From NCBI GenBank assembly GCA_965238005.1, contig OZ250165.1, positions 864,001 through 928,000 of the forward strand: DNA of 64,000 nt, written 5' to 3'. Positions 62,626-64,000 of this stretch are shown here, piece after piece. Below the pieces are notes generated by a model. It searched no databases, was not told the origin of the DNA, and saw nothing but the letters and a program-made list of their open reading frames with translations. The position numbers and the translations under genes are program-made. The DNA is from Longimicrobiales bacterium (GTDB lineage: Bacteria > Gemmatimonadota > Gemmatimonadetes > Longimicrobiales > Gaopeijiaceae). Position 1 is the first letter of the stretch. Each line of letters starts with the position of its first letter.

Positions 62626-62734
62626 CGGACGACTCAATACTGCTACGATCCCGTTACCGCCGGGTCACACGTCCATGAGCGGCTACGATCGGACTGTGCC
62701 CATCATGCAGCATCACCACGTCCGGGAGGCTGAA

Positions 62735-64000
62735 ATGAAGCGAGAGGGGCATCAAGGAGGTCGACGTACGTCGTCCCAGACAGCTGGCCCCATCCTGGAA
62801 GGAGTGAAGCTGTTCGTATGCTTGCTGCTCATCGTAGGCCCAGTCTCGGCGCAGGAGTGGTCCGAATATCCGGATCCGTTCCGGGGGGGCTACCCTTCCA
62901 TGGACGGGAGCAGCGGCGGCGGCAAGATGTATATGGAAGGCTACTTTCCACCCCCCGTGACGGCATCGCCGACCTATCCTTCCTGGTCGCCCGACGGTGA
63001 GTCGCTGGCGTTCGCGTATCAGGGACGGATCTGGGTCGTTTCCGTCGAGGGCGGAATAGCGCGTCAGTTGACGACCGGGCCGGGGTATCACTCCCAGCCG
63101 AGCTGGTCGCCGGACGGCCGCTACGTGGCCTATGCGGCCGATGTAGATAGGAATTTCGACATCTACGTCCTGGACCGAGAGGCCGGCGAATCACGACGGA
63201 TCACGAATCATCCACACCTCGACCTCCGTCCCCGGTGGTCGCCGGACGGGTCCCGGATTCTGTTCACGACCTCCCGGGACGGGACGTTCGACCTCTGGGC
63301 CTACGACGTGGAGAGAGGTGTTGCCGAGCCTGTCGTAGCTGATTCCAACCAGCATGACATGGCGGGCGACTGGATCGGGGAGGGAGGAGACCTGGTCTTC
63401 GTCTCGAAGCGAGGCGAGGCCGCGCTGGGCTCCGGCTCCCTGTGGCGGTGGAGTGCATCGAGCCGGCAGGCGGAACTGCTTCTCCGCGTGGAGACCAACT
63501 ACCAGGCCGCGCCGGTCGTCGCCCCCCACGGCGGATCGGTCGCATACATCACCGATGCGTCGGGGAACAACGATCTGTATCTGGTGCCGAGCGAGAAGGC
63601 GGCGAGGGGGATCCAGCCGGTGCGCCTGACTCATACGAAGACCGACGAGTACTTTCCCGCCTGGTCACCGGACGGCGAGCAGCTGGTATACGCGCGCAAC
63701 GGCGGGACGCCGGATCAGGTGAGAACGGCAGATCGGGGGATGGGCTTTTCCCTTTACACTGTCTCGAGGGGCGGGGGCGAGCCCCGGCGGGTGCGCATCG
63801 AAGATTACGCGTGGTCGGTGCCGTCCGGGAAGGTCCGGGTCCGCGTGAGCGATTCGAACGGGGGGCTACTCCCGTCCCGCATCTATCTCCGGGGGGCCGA
63901 CGGACGTAGCTACTTTCCGGACGGTAGTTATCCGAGAGTCGTAAGCGTGACGGAGGACTACTACTTCCACACGGACGGAAGCTTCTCGGCAACGCTACCT
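62735..64000 (+). CDS. TolB-like PD40-repeat secreted protein, probably with C-terminal CehA/McbA-like metallohydrolase domain (runs off window)
   Basis: Manual translation from ATG after GGAGG: signal peptide, repeated P-x-WSPDG, then LPSRIYLRGADGRSYFP..YFHTDGSF. Confidence 0.8.
   Translation, partial: MKREGHQGGRRTSSQTAGPILEGVKLFVCLLLIVGPVSAQEWSEYPDPFRGGYPSMDGSSGGGKMYMEGYFPPPVTASPTYPSWSPDGESLAFAYQGRIWVVSVEGGIARQLTTGPGYHSQPSWSPDGRYVAYAADVDRNFDIYVLDREAGESRRITNHPHLDLRPRWSPDGSRILFTTSRDGTFDLWAYDVERGVAEPVVADSNQHDMAGDWIGEGGDLVFVSKRGEAALGSGSLWRWSASSRQAELLLRVETNYQAAPVVAPHGGSVAYITDASGNNDLYLVPSEKAARGIQPVRLTHTKTDEYFPAWSPDGEQLVYARNGGTPDQVRTADRGMGFSLYTVSRGGGEPRRVRIEDYAWSVPSGKVRVRVSDSNGGLLPSRIYLRGADGRSYFPDGSYPRVVSVTEDYYFHTDGSFSATLP

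Overview
High-GC bacterial window in two halves. Left half (1-~27180) is the right arm of a decaying integrative conjugative element (ICE). It has virB5/B6/B8-like genes, virD4, virB11, ardC, two wHTH/PD-(D/E)XK-like candidates for a relaxase, AlpA and a 1771-aa Fn3/Calx-beta/SwmB autotransporter-type adhesin, and it ends at a 5'-half fragment of tRNA-Ile(GAT). Two nested site-specific recombination systems stand out. (i) A Cre-like recombinase gene lies between two 34-bp 13-8-13 lox-geometry palindromes with mutually inverted spacers, directly upstream of the adhesin; this is a candidate self-inverting phase-variation switch. (ii) A 4.2-kb integrative element (P4-type integrase, own HU/IHF, GIY-YIG nuclease) is inserted at a 9-bp core in the Walker B (DEYQ) codons of virD4; precise excision would restore the gene in frame. 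IS3, IS30 (inserted inside IS3) and IS1182 elements are also present. Right half (~27180-64000) is a mosaic island of secreted hydrolases: five S9B/DPP-IV-like peptidases including a recent tandem duplicate diverged at active-site positions, a CocE pseudogene, amidohydrolases, BNR proteins, an amidase and an APC permease pseudogene, mixed with many gene fragments. All calls come from reading motifs by eye; no database search was run.
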